Both the position numbers and the translations under genes were made by a program. A stretch of DNA of 64,000 nt, taken from Mobula hypostoma. Taxonomy: Eukaryota. Position 1 is the stretch's first letter. Each line of letters begins with the position of its first letter. The DNA lies in the NCBI RefSeq assembly GCF_963921235.1, contig NC_086097.1, positions 190,466,001-190,530,000 of the forward strand, given 5' to 3'. This document shows, piece by piece, positions 1 to 12,404 of the stretch. The notes beneath the pieces were generated by a model. The model did no database searches, had not been told where the DNA came from, and saw nothing but the letters and a program-made list of their open reading frames with translations.

Positions 1-983
1 CATCCCAACAAACTCCTGCAGGCCTTTAACAGTGCTGGGCCTGGCAAGTTGGCCGATGGCCTCAACTTTCGCTGGCAGAGGAACAGCTCCATGGCAGTCG
101 ATCTGGTGTCCCAAGAAGTCGATGGCGGATAGGCCGAACTGGTACTTGGTGGGGTTGATAGCCAGGCCGTAGTCACTTAGGCAGCGGCAGAGCAGGCGTA
201 GATGCACTAGATGTTCCTGACGGGAGCGGCTGGTGATAAGTATGTCATCCAGGTAGATGAACAGAAGGTCCAGACTTCGCTCTACTGCGTCCATCGAGCG
301 CTGGAAAGTCTGCACCGCATTTTTGAGCCCGAACAGCATCCCGAGGAACTCGAACAGGCTGAAGGGGGTAATGAGGGCTGTCTTGGGTACATCATTTGGG
401 TGGACTGGGATCTGATGATACCCTCAGACCAGGTCAATCTTTGAAAAGATGTGTGCCCCGTGCAGGTTGGCCGTAAAGTCCTGGATGTGCAGTACTGGAT
501 AGCGATCGGACGTGGTGGCGTTGTTCAGCCTCCGATAGTCGCCGCACGGTCTCCACCCTCCCGCGGACTTGGGCACCATATGGAGTGGGGAGGCCCACGG
601 GCTGTCGGAACGCCGCACAATCCCCATCTCCTCCATCTTCTCGAATTCCTCTTTCGCGAGGTGAAGCTTGTTGGGCGGTAGCCTGCGGGCCCGGGCACGA
701 AGGGGAGGTCCCTGAGTCGGGATGTGGTGCTTGGGGTTTGTTGAGGAAAACTGCGGCATGATGATATAGGGGAACACCGATAACACTCTGGCGAACTCAT
801 TGTCGGAATGAGTGATGGAGTCCAGGTGCGGGGCCGGTAACCTGGCCTCACCAAGGGAGAAAGACTGGAACGTCTTCGCATCGACCAATGGTCGTTCCTT
901 CAAATCCACGAGCAGGCAGTGCGTGCGGAGGAAGTCTGCACCTAGCAGTGGCTGTGACACTGCGGCCAGTGTAAATGTTCATA
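1..983 (-). pseudogene. Gypsy pol remnant (protease end and reverse transcriptase), disrupted
   Basis: ORF 424..960 carries Gypsy RT motifs; YLDD read at 244-255 on the minus strand beyond a stop. Confidence 0.92.
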
Positions 984-2633
984 TTTCACTCTCCCCTCCT
1001 ACCCCTCCTCACAATCCCCAACCTGCTCTCATGACTACACCCCTTCCCCACACGAAACCACCATGGTGGGCTTCACAGCTGAACAGGTGAGAAGACAGTT
1101 GAAACGTCTCAACCCAAGCTAGGCTGCAGACCCGGATGGTGTCAGTACCAGGGTGCTCAAAGCCTGTGCCCCTCAGCTATGTGGAGTACTTCGCCATGTC
1201 TTCAATCTGAGCCTGAGTCTCCGGAGGGTTCCTGTGCTGTGGAAGACGTCCTGCCTCGTCCCTGTACCGAAGACGCCGTGCCCCAGCAGCCTCAATGACT
1301 ACAGACCGGTGGCATTGACCTCCCACATCATGAAGATCCTGGAGAGACTTGTTTCGGAGCTGCTCCGGCCAATGGTTAGGCCACACTTAGATCCCCTCCA
1401 GTTCGCCTACCAGCCCCGACTAGGAGCTGAGGATGCCATCGTCTACCTGCTGAACTGTGTATACGCCCACCTGGACAAGCCAGCGAGCACTGTGAGGGTC
1501 ATGTTTTTAAACCTCTCCAGTGTGTTCAACACCATCCGCCCTGCTCTGCTGGGGGAGAAGCTGACAGCGATGCAGGTGGATGCTTCCCTGGTGTCATGGA
1601 TTCTTGATTACCTGACTGGCAGACCACAGTACGTGTGCTTGAAACACTATGTGTCTGACAGAGTGATCAGCAGCACTGGGGCTCCACTGGGGACTGTCTT
1701 GTCTCCCTTTCTCTTCACCATTTACACCTCAGACTTCAACTACTGCACAGAGTCTTGTCACCTTCAGAAGTTTTCTGATGACTCTGCCATAGTTGGATGC
1801 ATCAGCAAGGGAGATGAGGTTGAGTACAGGGCTACGGTGGGAAACTTTGTCACATGATGTAAGCAGAATTATCTGCAGCTTAACGTGAAAAAGACTAAGG
1901 AGCTGGTGGTAGACCTGAGGAGAGCTAAGGTACCGGTGACCCCTGTTTCCATCCAGGGGGTCAGTGTGGACATGGTGGAGGATTACAAGTACCTCGGGAT
2001 ATGAATTGACAATAAACTGGACTGGTCAAAGAACACTGAGGCTGTCTACAAGAAGGGTCAGAGCCGTCTCTATTTCCTGAGGAGACTGAGGTCCTTTAAC
2101 ATCTGTTGGACAATGCTGAGGATGTTCTACGGGTCTGTGGTGGCCAGTGCTATCATGTTTGCTGTTGTGTGATAGGGCAGCAGGCTGAGGGTAGCAGACA
2201 CCAACAGAATCAACAAACTCATTCGTAAGGCCAGTGATGTTGTGGGGATGGAACTGGACTCTCTCATGGTGGTGTCTGAAAAGAGGATGCTGTCCAAGTT
2301 GCATGCTATCTTGGACAATGTCTCCCATCCACTACATAATGTACTGGTTGGGCACAGGAGTACATTCAGCCAGAGACTCATTCCACCAAGATGCAACTCA
2401 GAGCGTCATAGGAAGTCATTCCTGCCTGTGGCCATCAAACTTTACAACTCCTCCCTTGGAGGGTCAGACACCCTGAGCCAATAGGCTGGTCCTGGACTTA
2501 TTTCCTGGCATAATTTACATATTACTATTTAATTATTTATGGTTTTATTACTATTTAATTATTTATGATGCAACTGTAACGAAAACCAATTTCCCTCGGC
2601 ATCAATAAAGTATGACTATGACTATGACTATGA
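984..2633 (+). mobile_element. 5'-truncated Rex1/Babar-type LINE inserted into the Gypsy protease region
   Basis: ORF 1153..1857 is a non-LTR RT (DYRPVALTSHIMK, LDPLQFAYQP, GAPLGTVLSP, KFSDD); C-terminal remnants to 2484; AATAAA then (TATGAC)n tail 2611-2633; the Gypsy sequence resumes on both sides. Confidence 0.93.
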
Positions 2634-3542
2634 AAGCGGCTGGGATCGAACTGCAAGGGGATGGTTCTTGTGCCGTAGGTGCGGATGGTGCTGCTGTTGG
2701 CTGCTGTGTTCCGGTCCTGTTTTTCTAGTTCGGGTATCGTGGCTCGAGGGGGGTAGGACACTGATTTCCACCCCCCTGTCCACCAGGAATCTTTGCCCGG
2801 AGAGCTTGTCCCAAATGTAGAGGAGGCTATCACGGTGACCAGCCGCCGTAGCCATCAGTGACGGCTGGTCCTGGCGTTTTCCCTGGAACAAGCATGGCAG
2901 TTGGCAGCGGCGGGCCCTGGAACCCCACCTTTGATGATAAAAACACCAAGACTCAGAACTGGTGCCGTCCCTTGGTGTGGGTGTTCGGTGTTCCGCTGCT
3001 GGGGTGCGGGAGGGCTGGGCTTTCGGCCGTGCCGCAGCAGTAATTCCGATGGTGGTTCCGATGATTTGTTTGGCACGCCAAAGCACGTGGATGTCTTTTG
3101 GTATTTGCTCCAAGAAGATCTGTTCAAACAGCAAGCAAGGCTTATGGCCGTCTGTCAGTGCTAGCATGTCGCTCATCAGGGCTGATGGTGCAGGGTCGCC
3201 CAGGCTGTCCATATGCACTAACCACGTTGCCCGTTCATGGTGGGAGAGATCAAAGGTCGCTATGAGCAGTGCTTTGAATGCTGCATATTTGCCTTCCTCG
3301 GGGGGTGACTGTATGAAATCCCCAACCCGTGTGGCTGTCTCCTGGTCAAAGGAGCTCACCACATAATAGTAACATGTGGAATCCGAAGATAGCTGCCGAA
3401 TCTGGAACTGGGCTTCTGCTTGGTCAAACCACACGCGTGGTTGCAGTGTCCAGAAAGTTGGCAGTTTTAGCAAAACTGCGTGAACAGATGAAGAGTCAAT
3501 CATCTTTGGTCCAAATCCCATTTGGACCATCGGGGTCACCAA
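2634..3542 (-). pseudogene. Gypsy gag-protease
   Basis: ORF 2628..3542; C-x2-H-x9-C-x3-C motif CFYHQRWGSRARRCQLPC (2892-2945); degenerate aspartic protease site FLVDRG. Confidence 0.92.
3530..3541 (-). other. Primer-binding site complementary to tRNA-Trp
   Basis: TGGTGACCCCGA 1 nt after the LTR's terminal CA; matches the vertebrate tRNA-Trp 3' end TCGGGGTCACCA. Confidence 0.9.
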
Positions 3543-3797
3543 TGTAGTCGCACTGATACACTACGAGTGAAAACAAGACACTGACTTGAGCAGGGTCGGG
3601 TTGAACCATTTTCTGTTTGAATCCGCGCGCGCTTAAGTACCCGCTCCCAGCAACTCCCGCTCTCTGCGGGGCGGAAGCGATGTCGGCCTCCGGGCCGAGG
3701 TCTGCCCTGCGCTCAGATTCCTCTCAGTTGCCGCTGGCTGCGGGTTCGCCGGAAACTGTTGGAGCCAGTTCCCTTACTGCGTGGGCGAGCTGCCACA
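3543..3797 (-). repeat. 5' LTR of the Gypsy element (255 bp)
   Basis: Minus strand TGTGGCAG...GACTACA, CpG-rich, abuts the PBS; the partner LTR is outside the window, so the outer end is inferred. Confidence 0.75.
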
Positions 3798-5639
3798 GGG
3801 CAAAAATTTTCCCATTAAAAATCTCTATGGGATGGGACAACAATGACTACTTAAAAAGTATGATTAGTCATACTATTACACAGTTGAAAGTCCAGAAAGA
3901 ACATTATGGAGAAAAGATGAATACCTAATCACATGAATCTCTGCCTGTTACTCTTGATCACCATCTCTACCCACAATCTTTCTTTTGTTGTTTGAAAGGC
4001 AGGGTGTCTGCCTCAATCTGGGACTCTTTTCAGGATGGAACTGTGGCAAGAAGACTTATTTGGGGAGAACCGCCTTTTGGTTCCTGCAATAGGCACAAGA
4101 AGAATCCAACAGTTACCTGGGTTCTATAAACACACAAGGTGGGAGTACAAAGGCATTATCAAGAGAAATTAGCCTTCCCCGCAACTCTCTTCCCCTTCTC
4201 CATGTGATCGTCCAGTCCAGCACACAATAGACATTGTCCTCTACCAGGGAGGAAAAAGAGACGGTATCTTAACAAAGATCAGGTCAATGCTTTCCACCAA
4301 TACTCACTCCTCTGCAGTCGTTTTGCCAAATCCTTTCACAATGCACAGTTCCACAACACACAATTTAAGACCTCTGACTGATAATAAGTTCTGCCATTTT
4401 TTACTGATGCCCAGTTGGGGGTGGAGTGAGAGGATCAGTTGTGGGGGAAGAGAACAACACAACCGGTCCTGGTTTCATATGAGGCCATACAGTATGTGTC
4501 ACAACTCAAAAACGAAAAGGAAACAAAACTTAGTGTTTCCTGCTGTTTCCTTGTAGATTACATAACACTATCACTTCTGAAAGCCAAGAGGGGGTTATTT
4601 TTATGATAGCTCTAAAATGGAGATAAAATATTGCTAAACATGAGCAATTAGCCTCCAATAGCCCTCAATAAATAGCAACTCTCAAACAGGTGAAGATGGA
4701 TAGGCAGAGAAAGATTGTGGCTCGGTCATCCTTAATGACCGATTTGCCACTTCAAACACAATTTTGCTTTGTTAATAGGCTGCTTTGCTATCTCACCAGT
4801 TGTAACAAATAGAGAAAAAATTAGGCAGGGAGAGTTCTGTGTCATTAAGGCAGTTTTGCTGGAGTTTCTGTGTAAGTGGAGATAAAACTGCATAGGATGA
4901 TTAAGTGTGTCCTTTCATGAGATCCAATATAGCAAGGGCAGGAATAATGAGTCGCAGTGTCTCCACAAAACAAAGCATAAAAACCTGTGACTGTGAAGAA
5001 ATACTCCAGAGTGGAAGGTGAAGGTTGAACAGACGATCAGGGAAGGTTTTTGGAGGGGGTCAACTAAATTGTTACAGATGATGGACAAATAGATGATGGA
5101 AGAATAAATTCAACAGCCCCCTAGATGGGTGCAATTCCATGAAAGAATGTTCTCTGGCTCAGTCTGTGACTTTCAGAGATATTGTCAAATGATCAAATTA
5201 GCTTCTCAAAAGCAACAGCGTCTGTGAACCAAGAGGGGCGAATTGTTTTCAGTCTAACAACTGCTCTAAGATACGTGCAGCTGGCAAGCAATTGAGTCTG
5301 GTACCACTCTCTGTCCCACGCCTTTTGTTCTCCCACCAACCAACACACTCTATATCAACTGTCAGCAAGAGTACAAAGAAGGGAGTTGCTTCACTAAAGT
5401 TAATTTCACCACATGATACTGATGCTGAAAATATCACGTACAGTTTCATAAGTCACAAGGACATGGTTAGTTTCTGATGAGCATCACCACTAAATTGGCC
5501 TTGCTTTTGTAAGCAGAAATACATATTTACCACATTCCAGATTGAAAATGGCCTGTCAGCTCACATGAAAGATTGAACCGGTTAATATTATGAATTAGAC
5601 AGGAGGGCTATTGAAAACTGCTGAAACCAAACCGTACAC

Positions 5640-5838
5640 AAATTGAGCCAGCAACAAACTACTGGACGAACTCAACCGGTCAGGCAGCACCCATGGCGGC
5701 AGAGGGATCGTCAACATTTCTCATAAATGTACAGACGTGGCCCCAAACATTGACCATCCTTTTGCCTTCAGAGATTCTACGTGATCTACTGAGTTTCTCC
5801 AGCAGTTTGATTTTGCTCTAGATTCTAACATCTGGAGC
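5640..5838. repeat. Old, degenerate inverted pair of Penelope-like element ends
   Basis: ctggacgaactcaaccggtcaggcagca... and ...ctactgagtttctccagcag are imperfect reverse complements and resemble the PLE-end palindrome at 36616. Confidence 0.55.
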
Positions 5839-5929
5839 AAGAGCAGATATTTGAGTTTTCAAAGGGGAGGTGCAGATAAGAATAGGTAAGGTTTAATTCA
5901 GTATTTGGTACAGCAAGGACAGGATGGTA

Positions 5930-6630
5930 GATGAAGTAAGAGAAATGCTCCTCCTGACAGGTGTGGGAAGTTAGGGAAGCTCATGGTCTCTTTGATGATG
6001 TCGTCTGTGGCAAGTACTGACAGAGCAGGTCAGGGAAATGGAGCTGGTTTTGGATTTGCTCAGGTGATCCAGGAAGCTGAGAACTTGATGGATGAGATTT
6101 TTACTGAGGTGATCACAAACAAGGTACAGGCTTCAAGTAGGTGACCACCAGAAAAAGTAAGGGGGGGTGGGTTAAGCAGTCGGTGCAGGATACCCCTGTA
6201 ACTATACCCCTCGTTACAGGTATAGTGTTGAGAAGATGGGGTGGGGGGGCGCTTACAGCATTAGTTGGATCTCTGGTACCGTGACCAGCTCTGAGGCTCA
6301 GAGGCTAAAGGTGCAGTAGATGTTGATAGGAGACAGGATAATGGGTGGCAGGGAAGATATAGGAGAGTTTGCAGTGCAGGGGAGAAGCCAGGAAGGTGCA
6401 TTGCCTCCTGGTTGCCAGGGTTAAGAATATCTCAGAGTGGCAAAGAGCCAGAGGTTATTTTACATGTTGGTACAAATGACATACATAGGTAGAAAAGGAA
6501 TGATATTCTGCAGAATATGTATGGGGAATTAGGTAAGAAGTTAAGAACCAGGACCTTGAAAGTAGTGATCTCAGGATTGCTACAGGTACCATGTGTTGGC
6601 GAGGTCAAAAGAGATAAATCAGATGAATTT
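5930..6630 (+). mobile_element. Degraded CR1 LINE, ORF1 (SGNH esterase) region, 5' part
   Basis: EPEVILHVGTND and KVVISGLL motifs at ~6446-6585; continues at 12405. Confidence 0.75.
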
Positions 6631-6631
6631 G

Positions 6632-6767
6632 TCAAGTCAATTCAAGTCAAGTTTATTGTCATTTTGATCATAAGCAGCTGGTACATTACACAGTAAAAAC
6701 GAAACAACATTCGTCCGGGACCATGGTGCTACATCAAACAACACAAAACTACACTAGACTATGCGAG
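6632..6767 (-). mobile_element. 3' end of a Rex1/L2-type LINE, split by the L1
   Basis: (TCAAG)n tail followed by TTTATT (AATAAA on minus); continues after the L1 TSD at 12005. Confidence 0.75.
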
Positions 6768-6901
6768 GGGGTTCCGATGATGTCATCGTCCAGAATGGCA
6801 GCTTAAATCAATAGCTCCTCCGGAAAAACGCATATATTGCCCTGTTAATCCATCAAATATAAGAGCTTTTGAAAATCTCTGAATTGATAAGGGGGGCAAG
6901 A

Positions 6902-7904
6902 ATGGAGATAAAAAATACATCACTGCAGAGCCTATGGATAAGAGAGGTGTGACGCGTGGCTCTCCTACCCGAATGCGTGCTCGCGAGGCCGACGATGGGC
7001 CTCATTCAGGCGAAGCGGCAAATATGACAACAATTCTGGAAGAGACACGGGGATTCCAAAAAGATATAAAATAGCAACTCAATGATATCTAGTCAGAGCT
7101 CGCCAAAGTCAATCAAAAAATAGCGGTGGCAGAGACTCCAATTGAGAAGGTAGAAGATCACGTGCAAAACGTGGAACGGATACGAAGTAAGACAATAAAA
7201 ATATTAAATCAACAAGAAAGTCAAATTATTGACCAGAAAGGAAGATCACGGCGGAAAAATATCAGGATATAGAATGTTCCCGAAGGAGCAGAGAGTTTGT
7301 CTATGATGGAGTTTGTAGGAAAGTTGCTGCGGGATGCGCTAGAGATTCCCTCCACTATGGAGCTTGAAATTGAGAGGCGTATCTTGCGCTCATCCCGAGG
7401 CCTACTGGAGACAGAGAAGATAAGCCACACTCAATTAGATTCCTTCGCTACAATACCAAGGTGGGGATTCTACGAAGAGCCTGGGGTAAGTAGGCGGTGT
7501 TTTTGGACGGGATATTAATATATTTCGATCAAGATTACCCCCCACCCCCAGAGGGGTCCTGCAGAAACGTGAAGAATACTCTGCAGTAAAGCGAATATGA
7601 AAGCAAGGAAAGATTAGATTCCAAACTCTGTACCCTGCTAAACTGCAGGCGTTTTATGAAGATGGTATGCAACTGTATCAGACAGTGGAAGAGGCGACTA
7701 CAGACATGAGGAACAGAGGGTTGCCCGTCAGCATGATCAAACCGAGGGAAAGCCTGGTTGAGCAGTTATCCTGATCTGCTTGGGAAATAGCAAGAGAACC
7801 GAGAAAGTAGGGAACGGGAGGAAGGCGAGAGAATATCAGGAAGAGACTGTGAGTTTTCAGAAGACAGCCCTCACCCCCTCCAGAAGAGCCACAAGGTTTG
7901 GCTA
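6902..7904 (+). pseudogene. L1 ORF1p (coiled coil, RRM, CTD), disrupted
   Basis: RSRRKNIRI*NVPEGAE, IYFDQDYP and RFQTLYPAKL motifs across frames. Confidence 0.85.
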
Positions 7905-8365
7905 ATTTTAAAAATATTGATAAGATAAACAGAAGCAAAAATAGACGGTGCTATACCTATTTCAAGAAATACCTATTATAATGTGGATTTTATACTACTC
8001 AATTTTTTTATTCATTCATCACTCCTTTTCCCCCACCTAAATGAGAATATATATAAGAATGTTATATATATATAGGAGGAATACACAGGGAAATCTTTCC
8101 TGTGTAATGGACGTAGACTTGTTCACTTACTTTTATGGGTACTATAATGGTGGCTCCCAACTCACAGGTAGGAGGGGCTATCCCCATGGCTAGACATTTC
8201 CTCTAGCTCAGCCAAGGGTCATCTACTAGAGACCTCAGCCTTGGAATCACACCTTCGTTGCCTTTTTTTTTATTATTTGCATTTCTTGGTTCTTATTTGT
8301 TCAGGGAGTAGATCAATTAAGTTTTATTCTGTTAATTTCAATGATATATTCACAGATAAACACAC

Positions 8366-11300
8366 ATAGCTAAGGACAAAGTAAAATTCATTTCTCTTAA
8401 TGTCAGAGGGCTGTTAAATCCAATCAAACGCAGTAAAATTCTATCCAAAATTAAAAAAAAGAACAAGCTCATGCAGTATATTTACAGGAAACTCACTTAA
8501 GTGATAATGAGCATGGAAAACTAAAGAGAATGGGCTTCACTAATTTGTTTTTCTCCTTATATAAATCAGGACATAGGACAGGAGTTGCTATTCTTATCTC
8601 ATGTAAGCTAAATTTTGAAAAAGTATTCGAAATGGCACAAAATAATCACCTGTGGAATTGGGACAATAGATGCAAGTGACCATGCAACTATATATTTATC
8701 TGTTGATTTTGACCTACAACCAAAGAATACCATTTGGAAACTAAATTCAAGTCTACTCAATGATCCCTACTTTAAGAAACAAATTAAAAAAGAAATTGGT
8801 CTTTACTTAGAATTCAATGATAATGGAGAGGTTTCATCTCCCATTCTATGGGATACTCTGAAGGCTGTCTTAAGAGGGAAAATTATAGCGATATCTTCAT
8901 GTAAGAAAAAAATAAGGAATAAAACATTAGAGGAATTACAAAATAGGCTGAAAGAGCGAGAGAAAAAAAAACACAAATTGAATTTGGCACAGGATGCATT
9001 AGAGGAAATTAAAAAATTAGGAATGAAATTAATAATTTGGCTACGCAAGAAATCAGGAAAACTTTAATGTTTCTGAAACAGAGACATTATGAAAGTGGAT
9101 CTAAGTCTATGAAAATACTGGCGTGGAAACTGAAGAAAAAGATAAGAAAAAATACAATTCATAGAATTAGGGATCCAAGAACAAAAATGATAAAAGAAAA
9201 TAAGCTAAGTGAAATTCAGGAAGCTTTTGAAGTGTTTTACAGAACTCTATATTCCAAAGTTCCAAGGGAAGCATAACACAAATTGACACTTTCCTGAATT
9301 CTCGAGAGTTACCCACTTTAAGCGAAGAACAAAATAGAATGACGACTACTGACTTAACTGAAGTTGAACTAAAAGCTGCAATTAGTAGGTTTAAATTAAG
9401 CAAGTCACCAGGTTCAGATGGGTATACGGCAGAGTGGTACAAAGAATTTAAAAATGAGTTAATTCCCGTCTTACTCCCCACACTGAACTGGGCTCTAAAA
9501 AAAGCACAAATGCCACCCAGCTGGAAGGAAGCGATATACCGAAAGATGGCAAGGATAAAATGGAATGTGGGTCATTTAGACCAATGTCCGTTCTTCATGT
9601 AGACTATAGATTATTTACCTCCATCATGGCCATATGATTAGAAGAGTTTCTACCCATACTGATAGATAGGGACCAGACAGGTTTTACACAACAATGCCAA
9701 ACACAAGACAATATATGAAGGACACTTCACATTATGGATCATATACAAAAAAAATAAAATCGAAGCAATAGTGATAAGCGTGGACACTGAAAAGGCATTT
9801 GATTCGGTTAATTGGAATTTTCTTTACAGGGTTTTACATAGATTTGGTTTCCATGACACAATTATTAAAACTATACAGGCACTATATGACAATCCTACTG
9901 CTAGGATTAAAATCAATGGATATTTATCTAATAGTTTTACCCTAGAAAGGGGCACGAGACAGGGTTGTGCGTGGTCACCGCTACTCTTCACATTATATCT
10001 GGAACCATTAGCTCAACACATCAGACAAAATGAAGATATCAGGGGAATTACTATTGAAGGGACAAAGTATAAATTGGCCTGTTACGCGGACGATATTTTG
10101 ATCTATCTAGGGCAACCAACATAATCCTTACCTAAATTGATGCAATCATTTGAACAATATGGTCAATTATCAGCATATATAGATAAAACCCAACTACTTT
10201 CATATAACTATAGCCCACCAAGAAAAATTGAAAGTAGGTATGCTTGGGCATGGCAAACAGAGTCTTTCAAATATTTGGGCATCATTATGCCAAAAGATTT
10301 GTCAAAATTATCAGAATGCAATTATCAGCCCATATATAAAAAAAAATTAAGGAAGATATAACAAGATGGAACCTAATTCCTCTTTTTAGTCTCAGTTCAA
10401 GGATTGAATCTATTAAAATGAATGTATTGCCCAGACTATTAAATCTCTTTCAGACCCTACCAATAGAGATTAATCAGAATCAATTCAATGAATGCAACAA
10501 AATGTTATCAAGATATATATGGCAAGGTAAAAGGCCTAGAGTTCATCTCAAAACTTTACAATTAGCCAAGGAAAAGGGGGGGGATGGAGCCTACATTCTC
10601 TTAGAGATTATTATTTTGCAGCACAGTTGAGAGCTGTGATATATTGGTGCAACCCATCACATGACACTCAATGGAAAAATCTTGAGGAGAGGATACTTTC
10701 CATCCCCATACGGACAATTTTGGCTGATAACAACCTACAAAGGTATATCAATACTATTGATAATCCATGGTTGAAATGGACTCTTAAAATATGGCAAACT
10801 ATTATAAAAGAATATAAATTCGAGAAAGACATTGCAATTCTTAAATAGTGTGCATATGACTTGGATTTAACTCCGAATAAACTGGAAGCTAGACTTAAGG
10901 ACTGGACAGCTAAAGGAATAGCAGTTCTTTGCAATATAATGAAATAAGGAACTGTTCAGTTCTGAAATGCTTAAAAAGAAACAGTTATTAGAAAAACAAG
11001 ACTTCTATCAGTATCTACAGATGCGACTGTATGTTAATAGGAGGGTTAAAAATGTAACCAAGGCAAGTACATGTTTGATAGATCTATTTAGAAAAGCAGA
11101 TCATTCAGATAACGGTAGTAGAATCATTTCAAGCGTATCTCAGGGTTTGGCAAATCTTAAAACACATTCGACTTCGTACATTAAAACAAAATGGGAGAAG
11201 GAAGGAGGGATAATTATATCTGAGGAAGAATGGACAATAATATGGAAGTATCAATGGAAGTATACCAGTTCACAGAAATAGAGGGTGTTTGGATGGCAAA

Positions 11301-11779
11301 ACTTGACAAGATATTTTATTACACCCTCTCAGAAATCCCATTATGATAGTAACCTCCCTGTTTGCTGGAGAAATTGTGGAAATCAAAATGCAAATCATTA
11401 TCACATTTTCTGGGAATGCCCCGTTATCAAAGACTATTGGAGTGGGATACACAATGCCCAACAAGACATGTTTAAATGTGAAATACCCTTAGAATGTAAG
11501 ACCATATATTTTGGGTATGTACTTCAAGAACGGTTGAAAAGAGATAAATATTTAATGAATGTACTGCTGGTGGCTGGTAAAAAGACCCTTACCAGGAAAT
11601 GGTTATCACAGGAGAGCCCAAATTTAAATGCATGGATGGAAATTACAACGGACATTTACCAAATGGAGAAGATAACAGCATCTGTTAATCATAAGTTGGA
11701 ACAATTTGATTCATACTGGGAAAAATGGTTCAACTACATAACACCTCATAGGCCTGATTTTATTCTCACAAATCAATGA
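8366..11779 (+). pseudogene. L1 ORF2p (APE endonuclease with internal deletion, RT, CCHC), with many stops and frameshifts
   Basis: KFISLNVRGL, YLQETH, SDH, KSPGSDG, EKAFDSVNW, RQGCAWSP, YADD, CWRNCGNQNANHYHIFWEC. Confidence 0.95.
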
Positions 11780-12004
11780 ATATGTTGTAAAAAAAAAGAT
11801 CTCTCCCTACTTGTACATAGTTTTCTCTTTTTGCTTGTTCTCTCTTTCCTCTCTTTTCTATAGGTGTATACCTCAGATAAATATTATGTGGAGATTTGTG
11901 GCAAATATGATTATATGATCTATATGTACAATAGCTGAAATACATCTTATGGAAATGTTTGTTTGATGATGAACTTTGATAAAAAGTAAATTACAAAAAA
12001 AAAT

Positions 12005-12400
12005 ACTAGACTATGTGAGACAGCAGAAGGCTACACTAGACTACATAAAACAACATTAAAAAAAATTGCACTAGACTATAGACCTGCGCAGGACTACATA
12101 AAGTGCACAAAACAGTGCAGGGCAGTACAATAATTAACAGATAAGACAATAGGCACAGTAGAGGACAAATTACAATATAATAATAAATGATGTAGATGTC
12201 AGTCTAGACTCTGAGTATTGAGGAGTCTGATGGCTTGGGGGAAGAAACTGTTGCACAGCCTGGTCGTGAGAGCCCGAATGCTTCGGTACCTTTTGCCAGA
12301 TTACAGGATGGAGAAGAGTTTGTGTGAGGGGTGCGTGGCGTGCTTCACAATACTATTAGCTTTGCAGATGCAGCGTGCGGTGTAAGTGTCTGCAATAGCG
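12005..12400 (-). mobile_element. Continuation of the Rex1/L2-type LINE fragment
   Basis: Minus strand encodes a Rex-like C-terminus (..SGKRYRSIRALTTRLCNSFFPQAIRLLN). Confidence 0.75.
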
Positions 12401-12404
12401 GGAA

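Larger units (their letters stand above)
1..3797 (-). mobile_element. Ty3/Gypsy LTR retrotransposon, CsRn1-like lineage (5' LTR, gag, protease, RT); runs off the window start and is interrupted by a Rex1 LINE
   Basis: Minus-strand order LTR-PBS-gag (LKLPTFWTLQPRVWFDQAEAQF, CHCC motif)-PR (FLVDRGVEISVLP)-RT (SPWASPLHMVPK, WRPCGDYRRLN, FSKIDL, FIYLDD at ~244-261). Confidence 0.95.
6768..12004 (+). mobile_element. Near full-length L1-clade LINE with poly(A) tail and 15-bp TSD
   Basis: TSD ACTAGACTATGCGAG (6753-6767) vs ACTAGACTATGTGAG (12005-12019); G-rich 5' start; ORF1, ORF2 and A-tail at 11995-12003. Confidence 0.96.

Noticed and set aside
4034..4138. Possible plus-strand exon (ttttcag|GATGG...AAG|gtggga) with an open frame MELWQEDLFGENR...
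   Set aside because: Weak donor, no recognisable protein and no partner exons
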